Position numbers and translations under genes: made by a program
Part shown: in pieces, positions 47,166 to 58,128 of the stretch
How positions within the stretch are numbered: position 1 is the stretch's first letter
Layout of the letters: each line of letters starts with the position of its first letter
Origin: Picochlorum sp. SENEW3
Lineage: Eukaryota
NCBI GenBank assembly: GCA_034226945.1
Contig: CP120458.1
Coordinates: forward strand, 186,001-250,000
Reading direction: 5' to 3'
DNA length: 64,000 nt
Notes under the pieces: model-generated
The model's database searches: none
What the model was told of the DNA's origin: nothing
Seen by the model: the letters and a program-made list of their open reading frames with translations, nothing else

Positions 47166-48566
47166 ATGTCGAAAGTTGCCATGTCAGCCAGAGGACAAGC
47201 ATTCCTTTCCATCTCACCGTGGAAATACTCTCAGCCAAGGCCATGGAAGCAACAAAACTGTCCCATTATTTGCTTTCATGCGAATCCCAACCCATATACT
47301 CCAAGTTCAGGGACGCTGAGTACAGATGGTAATATTCCCGAGGGACATCAGCAATTGCACGAAACATTGTATGATGGGAACGAATCTGCAGCACAGGTTC
47401 ATCAATCCAAGGAAAAATATCGTTTTATTGATGGAGAGGACGATGGATCATCCCTTGTTCCTCTGGGAGAGTTCTTGGCCAAGAGGAGTGGCTCAGAGAG
47501 AGCACCTCCGGTGGGAGTGTACGCAATCTATGATGCTTCTCGAGCTCTTCAGTATGTATCATACTCTAGAAACATTGTGCTGGCAGTGAAGAGCCGTCTT
47601 GAGGCTGTAGGAGAGGAGAAGTGTGCCTTTGTAAGGAATATGGTGTTTGCAAACACTGCTATGCAGACTCGGCAGGCTTTGGAGGCACAGCAATCGAATT
47701 GGATCAATGAGCACGGCACTGTACCACCTGGGAACGGTATAGAAAAGGACATATGGGATGTTCCCTTCAATGTGACAGCCATGTCGGACAAGGAGAGGAA
47801 TGTGTACCATGCCAAGAGGGAAAAGATGGTTGCTGCCATGGGTGAGGTGTCATCATCAGAGTCTTCTTCTGATTCTTCTTCTTCATTGAAAAACGCAGAC
47901 GAAGATTTTTCGAATAGAGAAAGAGCGGCAGATTTGAAATCAGCTGTTGAGGAGAATGATTGGAGTGCCGTGATTGAGCAGCAGACAAGGGAGGCCACAG
48001 GGCAGGAAGAACAAGGTACAATCACAACTCCTTTTGTTGGAGCTCATGTGCATCGGTCGATTGGATCTTCCACAGACGAATTCGTTGAAGAAATGAACAA
48101 GGAAAGTGTGCATGCAGCATTGGATGAGGTTCGCCCTTATTTAATGGCTGATGGTGGAGATGTGGAAGTGGTTGCCGTTGAAGATGGTAGAATATTGCTT
48201 CAGCTGCAAGGTGCCTGTGGCAGTTGTCCTGCATCTTCGAGTACGATGAAAATGGGTATTGAGAGGTGCCTCCTTGCAAAATTTGGTGATCAGGTCAAGG
48301 AAGTGATTGAAGTAGGAGGAGGGGTTGAGAAGATTGAAGCCACAGTGGCAACAGTGGATGCTCACATCAATGGGCTCCGAGGTGCTATTGACGCCTATGG
48401 TGGAGCAGTAGAAGTTCGCGCAGTCAATCCCCCTACCGCAGAGTTACTGTATACTGGACCTAAACCATTAGCATATGGTCTGGTCGCGGCAGTCAAAGAC
48501 AAATTTCCTGAACTGGGAGATATTCGGGTGATTGATGCGGAGACTGGAGAGAAAATCGAGTTCTAA
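47166..48566 (+). CDS. NFU1: Plastid NFU Fe-S carrier with N-terminal GIY-YIG-like domain
   Basis: GVYAIYD..LQYVSYSRN (GIY-YIG-like), LDEVRPYLMADGGDV..LQGACGSCPASS (NFU CxxC) and a second Cys-less NFU domain. Confidence 0.88.
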   Translation: MSKVAMSARGQAFLSISPWKYSQPRPWKQQNCPIICFHANPNPYTPSSGTLSTDGNIPEGHQQLHETLYDGNESAAQVHQSKEKYRFIDGEDDGSSLVPLGEFLAKRSGSERAPPVGVYAIYDASRALQYVSYSRNIVLAVKSRLEAVGEEKCAFVRNMVFANTAMQTRQALEAQQSNWINEHGTVPPGNGIEKDIWDVPFNVTAMSDKERNVYHAKREKMVAAMGEVSSSESSSDSSSSLKNADEDFSNRERAADLKSAVEENDWSAVIEQQTREATGQEEQGTITTPFVGAHVHRSIGSSTDEFVEEMNKESVHAALDEVRPYLMADGGDVEVVAVEDGRILLQLQGACGSCPASSSTMKMGIERCLLAKFGDQVKEVIEVGGGVEKIEATVATVDAHINGLRGAIDAYGGAVEVRAVNPPTAELLYTGPKPLAYGLVAAVKDKFPELGDIRVIDAETGEKIEF

Positions 48567-48685
48567 AGATGGCATGTATTTTTGTTGTTATTATTCGTTG
48601 CATTTGCTAATAATAATATAAGTATATTCTAATGATACGTTCACGTGTGCCCTTGAGGCATCCTTGGGTAGATATATACATCACA

Positions 48686-49261
48686 TCATGGTGGGCTGAC
48701 ATCACCACTAAACACTGTTGCACTTGCTACGGCAGCCCCTGTAGGATCTGCAGCCAGAGCAACGCCTTCTTCAGCATTTGCTACAGCAACCCCTGTGGGA
48801 TCTGTAGCCAGGGCAACGCCTTCTTCATCAATTGGCAATGCTATTGAATCATTCGATCTACTCGCAGTGCATCCACAAGATTCGATGATATTATTTGGAC
48901 TCACAATAAATCCTGCCAGACCAGTCCGACCAGAGCACACACAACTTTCTACAGTGGCCCAATCATACTTGACCAATGCTTGGCAGCAAGCATCCATACC
49001 TAACGGAAAGACAGATAGTGGACACCAAAATAATAAATCAGCCTGAAGAGCTGCTAAATCGACACGTGGAAGGGCATTGCACAACTGTCCTCCATCACTT
49101 GACTCACAGGAGGAACACTGACTCAGGCTCCTCCGCTGATAATGAAAGCTACTGTCCTCACTCTGTTCCGACAGTATTCGCCCAAAAGCACTGTATCTAG
49201 GTGATGCTACGACTAGAAAAAGCATTACGAGGATGCATCTCGTATATTGGTGAGCCAGCAT
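48686..49261 (-). CDS. Secreted Cys-rich protein with two 18-aa C-terminal repeats
   Basis: Hydrophobic leader, RRSL processing-like site, C..C..CC..CxC..CxC pattern. 54-nt-period tandem duplication at 48724..48827. Confidence 0.7.
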   Translation of the reverse strand: MLAHQYTRCILVMLFLVVASPRYSAFGRILSEQSEDSSFHYQRRSLSQCSSCESSDGGQLCNALPRVDLAALQADLLFWCPLSVFPLGMDACCQALVKYDWATVESCVCSGRTGLAGFIVSPNNIIESCGCTASRSNDSIALPIDEEGVALATDPTGVAVANAEEGVALAADPTGAAVASATVFSGDVSPP

Positions 49262-49781
49262 AGTCACAAAGGCCAAAATATTCAACGGCTGACGAAACAC
49301 CAGTTTTCTGTGCTGAACTGGTAGTATATCTTTAAAAACTGATTATTGATAAATCTAACAGGTAAAATAAGCAACCACAGAGCAACTTTGAGGTATGCTA
49401 TGACAAGAAACACCGCGTTCTTGTCTGCTTGGTCAACGTCTCGTCAATTCTAGTGCGCTACCAATTCAAGCTATCAATACAATCGCTTGAAACTTTGTCC
49501 ATGTGATATTTAATGGTGATACAGAATGAAAGAGTGGGTGTATATGGAAAAAGCTGGCACATTGGAAAATCGATCGGCAGGACCAAGAGTCGCATTTTGC
49601 CACGTGGATAACACTCGGATTACCCATGGAGTTGTGTGTCTGACAGAACCGCCAATGATGGCATGGCGATGATGATCGAGGTTTGTCTTACAATGATACA
49701 GTCAAATTGATCGAGTCTATAGATCTGCTGTGAATGGTCATGCAAAATGATTCTTGCATCACTCTCAGAGCACAAGGCAAC

Positions 49782-51506
49782 TTATGCAGCATTCATATAT
49801 GCTTGTGGTTCAATGTGGTCAGGAAGTTCCTTAATATCCACATCGAATCTTTCTTGGACATTGTTCAAGACTTCGCTGTCCTGTGGACCGCTCACAAAGG
49901 TGATGGCCAAACCTTTTGTTCCAAAGCGACCAGCTCTGCCTACACGATGCAAATATGTATCTGCTCCATTTCCATGCTTCTCATCCGTCTCTGGCATGTC
50001 ATAGTTGATCACAATATTGACTCTCTCGATATCAATACCTCTTCCAACAAGATCAGTGGCTACCAAAATACGCTTTGCTCCTTCTTTGAATTCTTTGTAG
50101 ACCTTGAGGCGCTGCTCCTGGTTCATACCAGCATGGATGGTTGTAGATGGGAAGTTGCATTCATTGAGCAATCTGTTGAGCTCTCTGGCCCTCGCAACAC
50201 TCTTGACAAAAATAACCACTTGATTAAAGTCCAGAGCATCCAGTAGGTCATTGAGTTTTCTATTCTTCTGCTCCTCGTTCAGCATGACGTAGTGCTGAAC
50301 AAGGCCATGAAGGGTCAATTTTGCTTCATCATCCACATAAATCTCCATTGGCTGCACACAGGACAAGAAATACATACAAGCATGAAGATTAGCTTTATAA
50401 ACCATGATAGGATATTCTTTAATGAAAATAAAAAAGTACGTACGTCTCTCATGAATTTCTTGCATACAGGTCTGACATCTGCAGAAAGTGTGGCAGAGAA
50501 CATCATGACCTGCTTATCGTGAGGAGTCTTTTTGAAAATGGCCTGCACATCTGCACGCATATCAATGGACTCGAGGCACTTGTCACATTCATCCACCACG
50601 AAATGCCTGATGTGAGTCAAATCCAAACTCTTCTCTTCGGCCAACGCCTTGATACGACCTGGTGTTCCCACGATAATGTGAGGGCATTTTGCTTCATCCT
50701 TGAGCATCTCCCTGTGTTGCTTGATTGGAAGTCCTCCGAAAAAGTTGCCAACTCGCACATTCTTCATGTATGTTGTAAATCTCTCATACTCGTGACAGAT
50801 TTGGAAAGCCAACTCTCTTGTGTGACACAAAATAAGAACAGAAACTTGCCCATCCACAGGCTCCAATTGCTGGAGGGTTGAGATGACAAACACGGCAGTC
50901 TTTCCCATACCTGACTTGGCTTGGCAAATGACATCCATACCAAGAATAGCCTGGGGAATACACTCGTGCTGAACTTCAGAGGGATGTTCGAAACCGCAAT
51001 CCTGAATGGCCCTCAACAGCTCTGGCTTGAGCAAAAAGTCTTTGAAACCAGAGGAATGGATGCCCACAAATCCTTTTTTGGTGGATGCCTACAGGTCAGT
51101 CAACAGAAATTCCAGTTACTTTTAATTCGTTCCATTCAAAGATAGTATCCATGCTCGAACACAGCATGCACACAATATTCTGCGCTCTCACACAATTGGT
51201 GCATTGATTGATTGATACACCATGTTTCTTCCTGGGGTTCTTCCCTCCAGCGTCCAGGCAACATCTCCATGAGCCACAAATGCCACCAAATCCAACAATA
51301 TATCAATGATATGGGACATGCCATTCGTGAACGCGCAGCCATGTGCCCTGTACCGTGGAAAGTCAACTGTGCGACTCCAATCAGACATGTGTCATCAAGC
51401 TCACCTGTCCTCCCTTGCCTGCTTCTGCCTCAGCAACCTCCTCTTCTTCATAATCCACCAATTCTTCAGCAGCATCAGCTGCAGCGTTCTTCTCAGCAGC
51501 AGGCAT
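49782..51506 (-). CDS. UAP56: DECD-box RNA helicase UAP56/SUB2; introns 51089..51404 and 50352..50443
   Basis: Motifs [40 protein letters not shown] and [12 protein letters not shown]. Confidence 0.96.
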
Positions 51507-51882
51507 GTGTATTTTCTTCGAAAGAACTTTGAAGATCCGAATCAATCAGTTCGCGAAGACTGATTACTATTGCTATAATGATGGCACAAGATACAACGCA
51601 GTGGTTATATATTGCACTAATCTAGTGGCGCTGATTTAATGACTCGAATATGTATTTATGTGGTCCAAAGAGACAGTGCAGTCGCAGTTTAAACCTTTGC
51701 TCGGCTTTCGCAGTACCACTAAATTGGTACTGCGAATATGGCTGTTTGAACATGGCAATTGATCTGAGGATAGCCCGGGCAAACCCTATTATAAAATCAA
51801 TAACTGACAAGTAAATTATTAGTAGCGCTGTCGTAAGGAAGATCATTGCCCTTGCCTGCGTCAACAAGGTATTCGTGCTGGC

Positions 51883-52707
51883 ATGCCTCTTCTGAGAAGA
51901 TTGATTTCGCATAGAATGGCCATGGGATCATTGCTAAAGAGCGTAAAGTACCCTTTTTGTAACGATGTGGTCAGGATGCGGACCGGATCTGTGCATACGA
52001 TGTCAATGAAAGCATTAGACACTCGTTCACAACAAGCAGCAAGAGCCTTTGGTGCAGAGTTTCGTGGAGCATCTTTGTGTTGGAGAAGAAACCTTTCAAC
52101 GACATTTGCTTCGAGGGCAGGAGATGACGATGTGGTATCGACAGCTAGCATCAAGAATGTATTCAAGAAGGAATGGGAGCATGAAAAGAGCACATATGAA
52201 CCTCCAGAGGAATTAGCCCAAGGGCCTCCTGAACCATTTACATTGACAGAGACAAAGGGAGACACGCTCCTGACTCTCACCCGCTCATACGGCAGTGATG
52301 AGACTGTCATGGTTGATGTCATGGTAAATGATCAAGACGAAGAAGAACCCTTGGCATTTGAGGATGAGGATGGAGAATTGGATGCTGATGTGTCAATAGA
52401 ATTTGTTGTGACGGTTTTGAAAAAGGACAAGGACGAGGAGCTTGTTTTCGAGTGTTCTTCTGATGGTAGCTATTTGGAGATTAAAAACCTGTCTTTGGAG
52501 CCTTCAGACGAGGACGAGTTGGACGAAGCTTTGTACACAGGGCCAGTGTTTGAAGAGCTTGATGACGAGGTGCAGGAATCCCTGTATTCGTTTCTTCAGG
52601 AGCGAGGGATCACACCAGACCTCGCCGAATATCTATTGAACTTGGTCCATGATAAAGAACAGAGAGAGTATATGGACTGGCTGCAAAAGATGATTACATT
52701 TTTGTGA
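51883..52707 (+). CDS. Mitochondrial acidic glycoprotein MAM33/p32 family
   Basis: Arg/Ser-rich presequence, acidic body, YTGPVFEELDDEVQ..FLQERGI and KEQREYMDWL. Confidence 0.9.
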   Translation: MPLLRRLISHRMAMGSLLKSVKYPFCNDVVRMRTGSVHTMSMKALDTRSQQAARAFGAEFRGASLCWRRNLSTTFASRAGDDDVVSTASIKNVFKKEWEHEKSTYEPPEELAQGPPEPFTLTETKGDTLLTLTRSYGSDETVMVDVMVNDQDEEEPLAFEDEDGELDADVSIEFVVTVLKKDKDEELVFECSSDGSYLEIKNLSLEPSDEDELDEALYTGPVFEELDDEVQESLYSFLQERGITPDLAEYLLNLVHDKEQREYMDWLQKMITFL

Positions 52708-52709
52708 TT

Positions 52710-53383
52710 CTAATTGTCCTTCTTTTCCTTTTTGTAAAGGTCATAGTATGTAGCAATGAACCTATCGTGGTATTCCTTGTACTTTTCATCCTTTGTCACT
52801 TTCTCTTGCATCGCTAAATACGCAGCCCGTCTCGCCAAATCCTCCAACTGCGCCTCCTTGTCTTCCTTGGACACGGCCACATTGGGAAGCTCCTTCATTG
52901 ACATGACCTTCTTCACTGCTGCCAAGTCCAACTCATCAGGCACCGATGCCTGAATATCAGATTCATTAAGCGTATCTTTGAACAAAGCAAAGAATCGCCT
53001 CTGTTTCTGAGACATTTCTGCTGCAAGAGGTGCGGGTAAATTCTGCTTTCGCTCCTCCAATTCATCAGTCGACATGAGCATGGCTGCCTGGGCAGCGTTT
53101 GTCACACCTTGCAGGCTGTCTAGGGATTCGACTGGTGCACTCGGCATGGCTCCAAATTTCTCCTACACATCAAAAGAAGGTATAGTTCAGTATCGAGCAT
53201 GCCGGAATCCTTCTCGGCCAACAGGGTCGGTCCAACCCTAGAAGGTCGCCCAAGGACATGTATTTGCAAAATCTTCCGTGGTCGTACCTCAGAGTTGATA
53301 TTGTCCAGGAATTCATCTTCATCTCGATCAACAGGTTTATTGAAGAGTTCCAAGACCTTTCGGGGATCGTTATTGAGAACCAT
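52710..53383 (-). CDS. Two-exon hypothetical protein; intron 53163..53287
   Basis: MVLNNDPRKVLELF..NSE splices in phase to EKFGAMPSAPV..KKDN*. Confidence 0.65.
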
Positions 53384-53584
53384 GTCGAATTGCGTCTTTC
53401 GACAGGTGGGTGTTTGAGTAAAATAACACACACGGTACCAAGTTTGGTATCTAGGACGTATTTTATAACATATATTTCTATTGTAATACATTATACTCGC
53501 CTTATCATGATGGATTTGGACACTTGAGTCCCATGAGGGATCTACCCAATCCAGGCTGGAGCGAATATTCCAAGCATCTTGGGA

Positions 53585-54804
53585 TCACTTGCGTACCAGC
53601 CAGAATTGATTCATCTTATGGCCAAACTCTAGCTTCTCTAGGCTCTTGAAACCTGCTTTGAGAAGTTTCTCTCTCAGCAGGCTCTCTGTGAGCCCCATGG
53701 CTCCAAGAGCAGCAGGGTGAGGACCCTGCATCGCTGAGGGCAAACAGACATGGCAGGAAAATCCATAGACCATTGGAGCTAATGGATTCTTGTGGACGTT
53801 CTCTCCATGTGTTTCGAGGCATTTCATGTCTCCAATCACCCAGATCCCTCCTTCTTTCATGGCCTTGCAGACATTCTCCATCACTTCAAATGGCTGACTC
53901 ATGTCATGGACTGCATCCTGACTCAACACAAAATCGTACGTATCCTTTTTCATGCCACCCTCTTCCAGTCCTGGATTGATAAATTGTACATTAGATAACC
54001 CTTTTTCTTTTGCTGCCGCCCTGCCTCCCTCGAGGGAAATGTCGGCAATATCATATCCATGCACCTGAGATTTTGGAAAGGCTTCTGCCAACAAGTTGAC
54101 CGCGAAACCATATCCGCACCCTACATCTGCTGCCATACAACCATTTTCCAACTTTTGAGCAACATCTGGTACAGATTTCAAGCTCTTCACCAGGAAATGA
54201 CGCTGCCAGACTGACAGGATCCGACACACACCACAGTTGCAATTCACTCCATATCCATCAAAGTCCAATCCCTTGCCTGTTTTGTACATCTCTGGAAGTC
54301 TCTTTGTCGCAGTTTCAAAATTTGGCTCCAACATACTGAGCGCTCCAATGGCATAGAACGGAGATGTCTCATCTCTGACCAACACATCCTTTTGGTATTC
54401 ACTCAACCAATATGTCTCTGCCTTCTCGTCAGTCGATATGATCTTGTTTGCAGCCTGATGTCTCAGCCATTCTTCAATGTACCTCTCATTCAACGACAGC
54501 CCAGCAGCAATCTCTTTGCCAGTCTTTGGACCATGTTCAGCTATATATGTATAGAGCCCAAGTTTGTCTCCCAAAACCTGCATTCATCATCATCATGCAA
54601 TGTATCATTGGCTAGCAAACCACCAGCATTGGATTATAACCATATACACATGCATACCATGAGATTCCCAGCCATGGAATTCACCAAGTACCCCATAACC
54701 TTTTGCTGCAACTCCCCAGCCAGCTCTGCATCTGTCTGAGGAGCAGATGCCTTTTCTGTAGACTCTGTCCCTTTCCCTGAGAATAGATTCTGTAAAAATC
54801 TCAT
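53585..54804 (-). CDS. SAM-dependent methyltransferase with winged-helix N-terminus (Rv2258c-like); intron 54578..54657
   Basis: Motifs LGDKLGLY, GLSLNERYIEEWL, DVGCGYG, AEAFPKSQVHGYD, DAVHDM and YGFSCHVCLP. Confidence 0.88.
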
Positions 54805-55037
54805 CGTTGTTATAATAATCAGACAGGAAATGGGATGAATGAATGGATCTATTCCGCCAGAGCAGCAAGCAAGCAAGCAAATGTTGTGATCTGTACACGT
54901 GTCACGCGGTGTCGATATCTATGAGATTGAACACTATCTATCCCTGACTATTGCTAAGATATTATTACAGTATTTACTTTCTTTTAATAATAACTACGGA
55001 ACCTCTGATACCAACGGAGGAATACATTACATTGTTC

Positions 55038-55913
55038 TCACCAAGCCCCTACAGCCTTGGCTGTTGGATCTTTGAACAATGCATAATCCCACTTTGTATC
55101 CAGACTGAATGGTTCACTGATATCCACACCATCCTTTGTGATCTTTGAGATCTGGAACTTGTTCACAGAGACTTTGTCCCTATAATAACACACTCGCAGG
55201 CAATCATGCAGCAATTCCATGGCAGCCTTCTCATCCATGTCAGGACTATGCCTCTCTCTCATCAGCGGTCGAGCGAGATGGTTTCCAAACCCAGTCGCTA
55301 CAGTATCATCTGTGTAGTTTGTACCTATCATTCCGACTGTTCCGAGGAATGGTGTCCCCCGTTGCAACCCTCCAACCACAATAGAGTTCCACAGCGGGTC
55401 AAACTTGTTCCTTCTATTATACATGACTCTAGTCAGATAAGAAAATACCTCAGAGGGTGTCATCCGATGCCCATCATCCATGCAAAAGTCCTCGGTGGCC
55501 AGTTCGTCCAGCATCTTGACAATCTGCTGGTAGTCTGACAGCTCCCCTCCTGCACCCACCACGCAGGAACCATTCACTTTTGTCAATCTCTGGATGGATT
55601 TATAACGCTTTGTAGATCCATATGCCCCCAACATATCACACGCCATCAACACCCCATCTTTATAGGTGACCCCAAGAACTGACGTTCCAGTCACATATGG
55701 ATACTGGGTATGACTCTTGTGGCCAAGGCCAGCAGGATCTACCACCAGCCCTTCATTCCCTGAAGAAGGAATCAACACACTGTGTGGTTGATGTCCCCCA
55801 TGTAACTTGTACTTGAGTTGCTCTTCCTGTGTCACTCGTTCGGGGTGGGCCAGGGGACCACCTGTCACTCCTGGTCCTATCGCCCTTGCATGAGAACTCT
55901 CTCGTGCTTGCAT
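55038..55913 (-). CDS. PBG1: 20S proteasome subunit beta-7 (PSMB4/PBG1)
   Basis: Motifs TQYPYVTGTSVLG, MYNRRNKFDPLWN, ATGFGNHLARP and RVCYYRD. Confidence 0.95.
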   Translation of the reverse strand: MQARESSHARAIGPGVTGGPLAHPERVTQEEQLKYKLHGGHQPHSVLIPSSGNEGLVVDPAGLGHKSHTQYPYVTGTSVLGVTYKDGVLMACDMLGAYGSTKRYKSIQRLTKVNGSCVVGAGGELSDYQQIVKMLDELATEDFCMDDGHRMTPSEVFSYLTRVMYNRRNKFDPLWNSIVVGGLQRGTPFLGTVGMIGTNYTDDTVATGFGNHLARPLMRERHSPDMDEKAAMELLHDCLRVCYYRDKVSVNKFQISKITKDGVDISEPFSLDTKWDYALFKDPTAKAVGAW

Positions 55914-56176
55914 TTCTCTTATTTTTGTTTAATAATACTAATACTGTTGTTGGTCTAAATCAAAGATGTATTCGTATCGATGATCTACACTCAGAACGTG
56001 ATCAATCAATCAATCGAAGAAATGGGGAAATACCCTATATTTATCAACAGCAGAGGCACTATGTGGTAGGTATTCCTTCAATACTTAATACAGTACTATT
56101 TTTGATATAATTATTGCCAAAATCCAATGACCAAGGCATGGGAAATATGAGACAGAAGGAAAATGCCAAAATTCAT

Positions 56177-56566
56177 GGAGAACGGAATTAAAAACAAGTC
56201 TCTCTGGACTACTTTGTCTCAACTAAAAGATGCCAATGCATTCAGTATTGTTCCTGAAATGCTATCCATATTTGAGGAGGATGAGTTGCTATTATTACCG
56301 TGTGTACGCAACCTGGATGGGGTTTCCGACTTCTCCAACCCCGTTGAGAAGGAGGAAGAGTTGCTGCAGTTGTGGACCTCGTAGACTGGCCTCTGGGAGA
56401 ACAACTGTGGGACAGGTGTACTCGAACCCTTCTGAAGAGACTCCTGGTGTGGCAGAACGATCCAAAGTGCCTTCATCGTCACCAATGGATGCATTCATGT
56501 TCAACCTTGCAGAGATGCTGGGCATTGTTGTAGGTGCGGATTTATATCAATGGTTTCTGGTAAGCT
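56177..56566 (+). pseudogene. 390-bp duplicate of the 5' part (upstream region, exon 1, partial intron) of the gene at 59847..60719
   Basis: Ungapped, highly similar direct repeat of 59794..60183. No exon 2 follows. Confidence 0.9.
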
Positions 56567-56569
56567 AAG

Positions 56570-57060
56570 AGGTGGGGTTGTAGAAACGCTCAATCAGGGA
56601 CACGGCTGTGGACTTGCCGCTTCCAGACTACCCAACAAGGGCCACCGTCTGCCCCGCACGCACGAGACGGGTATGCAAAGCACACATTCTGAAACTCAAT
56701 CTCTCCAGTCACAGAGTCAAGCTCCTCATCTCCAGCCGCAATATTGATAGTTGGCTCGCTCCATGATGGAATAAAGTCTCGATGCAGACTGTCGTACTGA
56801 CTGGAAAGCACTCCAATTGGGCACTGCTTGTCTCAATGCAAACCAACCAATAAGGGCTGAAAGCAGTACATTCACAACATCCCCTCTGGTGTATCCATGT
56901 GGGCCAACTTGTGTCGCGCCATTCCACTCCAATCGTCAGTCCATTAAATATTCCCTGCTTGGTACCGACGTGTTCAGGGAATTTCAATGCCTCATCATAT
57001 GCACTGATCGTTCGCTCCTGTCCATTGAATGCAAAAGGTCGCTGCATGGTGATTCCAGGG
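56570..57060 (-). pseudogene. ABCB/MDR P-glycoprotein fragment with frameshifts, deletions and a stop
   Basis: Pieces AFNGQERTISAY, GDVVNVLLSALIG, GEIEFQNVCFAYPSR and GQTVALVG*SGSGKSTAVSLIERFYNP lie in different frames. Confidence 0.88.
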
Positions 57061-57096
57061 GTGGTCTTCCCGGGTAAACAGTAGTAGTATAGGGTG

Positions 57097-58128
57097 CTAT
57101 TTCAGCAGAGCATTCATCCGAGCCTCTGCGAATCTATACATGATCTCATCTGCTTCATCAGTAAGACCGTGCTTTTGTATCATATTCAACAGGATGTCGT
57201 AATACCGTGAAAACGTGGAAGGTCTCGTGTTGTCATAGACTGTATCAGAGTAGCTTCCACCAAATAACCTTTGCCAGAGATGTACAGACTCATTCCACCT
57301 CCCTGTCAAACCTATAAAGGCAAACTTATTCAATCGTTCAAGGGCGAGATCAACCTTGCCCAATGACATAACTGGAGTACCCTGGTATTTGGACGGTGAC
57401 AGCGGATATGGGACATCTCCACACCACTCTCCAAGAATCATCTTGGTAGCACACCCTGCCACACAGTTCCAATAGTACTTTACAATTGCCCCCACAATCT
57501 TCTCACCTGCCTTTTCGAACAGATATGTATAATTTGGACGATGGCCCATAACGTTCTCAGGATTGCGCACACCTGGGTACAGCCAGGGATACTTTGCAGC
57601 AAACGAACTCATGTTGCATGAGTGAAACCCATCCAAGAGTCCAGACACAATCCTATCTGTAGGCTCCCTTAGGAATGTAATCACATCATACCGCCCCTTG
57701 CTGAAAAAAACATCCTCTTGATGTGTAGTACTATCTATTTTGGGAAGAGGGTAGTGACCACTATCAAACCTCTGAAGCACATTCCCACAGTACTTTTGCC
57801 GATCCAGTCCCTTGCCAGAACCTGGAGGATATTCAATCGCGCCTGGCTCTTTCACGGTAATATTCTTCGCCAACCCGGGGCAAGCATACTGCACAATCAG
57901 AGTTGCAAAACTACTACCACATTTAGGAACATGCAGGTAGAATATTCTATCCAGGATTAGGTGACCATCCAGCATAACAGGACCACAACCACCACCACCA
58001 TCGGTCCTCTTATGTACAATTCGAACACTAGCATATGTACCACTGGACATCAGCAGTATATAGATAACCAGAATCGTCATAAACGACACTAACAGTACCG
58101 TTACAATAGAAAACCCTGTCAAGGCCAT
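57097..58128 (-). CDS. Golgi-type (type II membrane) sulfotransferase
   Basis: N-terminal TM, 5'-PSB YLHVPKCGSS, 3'-PB ITFLREPTDRIVS, FAFIGLT..W.ES and D.IMY.FA. Intronless. Confidence 0.85.
   Translation of the reverse strand: MALTGFSIVTVLLVSFMTILVIYILLMSSGTYASVRIVHKRTDGGGGCGPVMLDGHLILDRIFYLHVPKCGSSFATLIVQYACPGLAKNITVKEPGAIEYPPGSGKGLDRQKYCGNVLQRFDSGHYPLPKIDSTTHQEDVFFSKGRYDVITFLREPTDRIVSGLLDGFHSCNMSSFAAKYPWLYPGVRNPENVMGHRPNYTYLFEKAGEKIVGAIVKYYWNCVAGCATKMILGEWCGDVPYPLSPSKYQGTPVMSLGKVDLALERLNKFAFIGLTGRWNESVHLWQRLFGGSYSDTVYDNTRPSTFSRYYDILLNMIQKHGLTDEADEIMYRFAEARMNALLK

Noticed and set aside
49650..49735. Possible C/D snoRNA (ATGATGA)
   Set aside because: No properly placed terminal CTGA D box or terminal stem.
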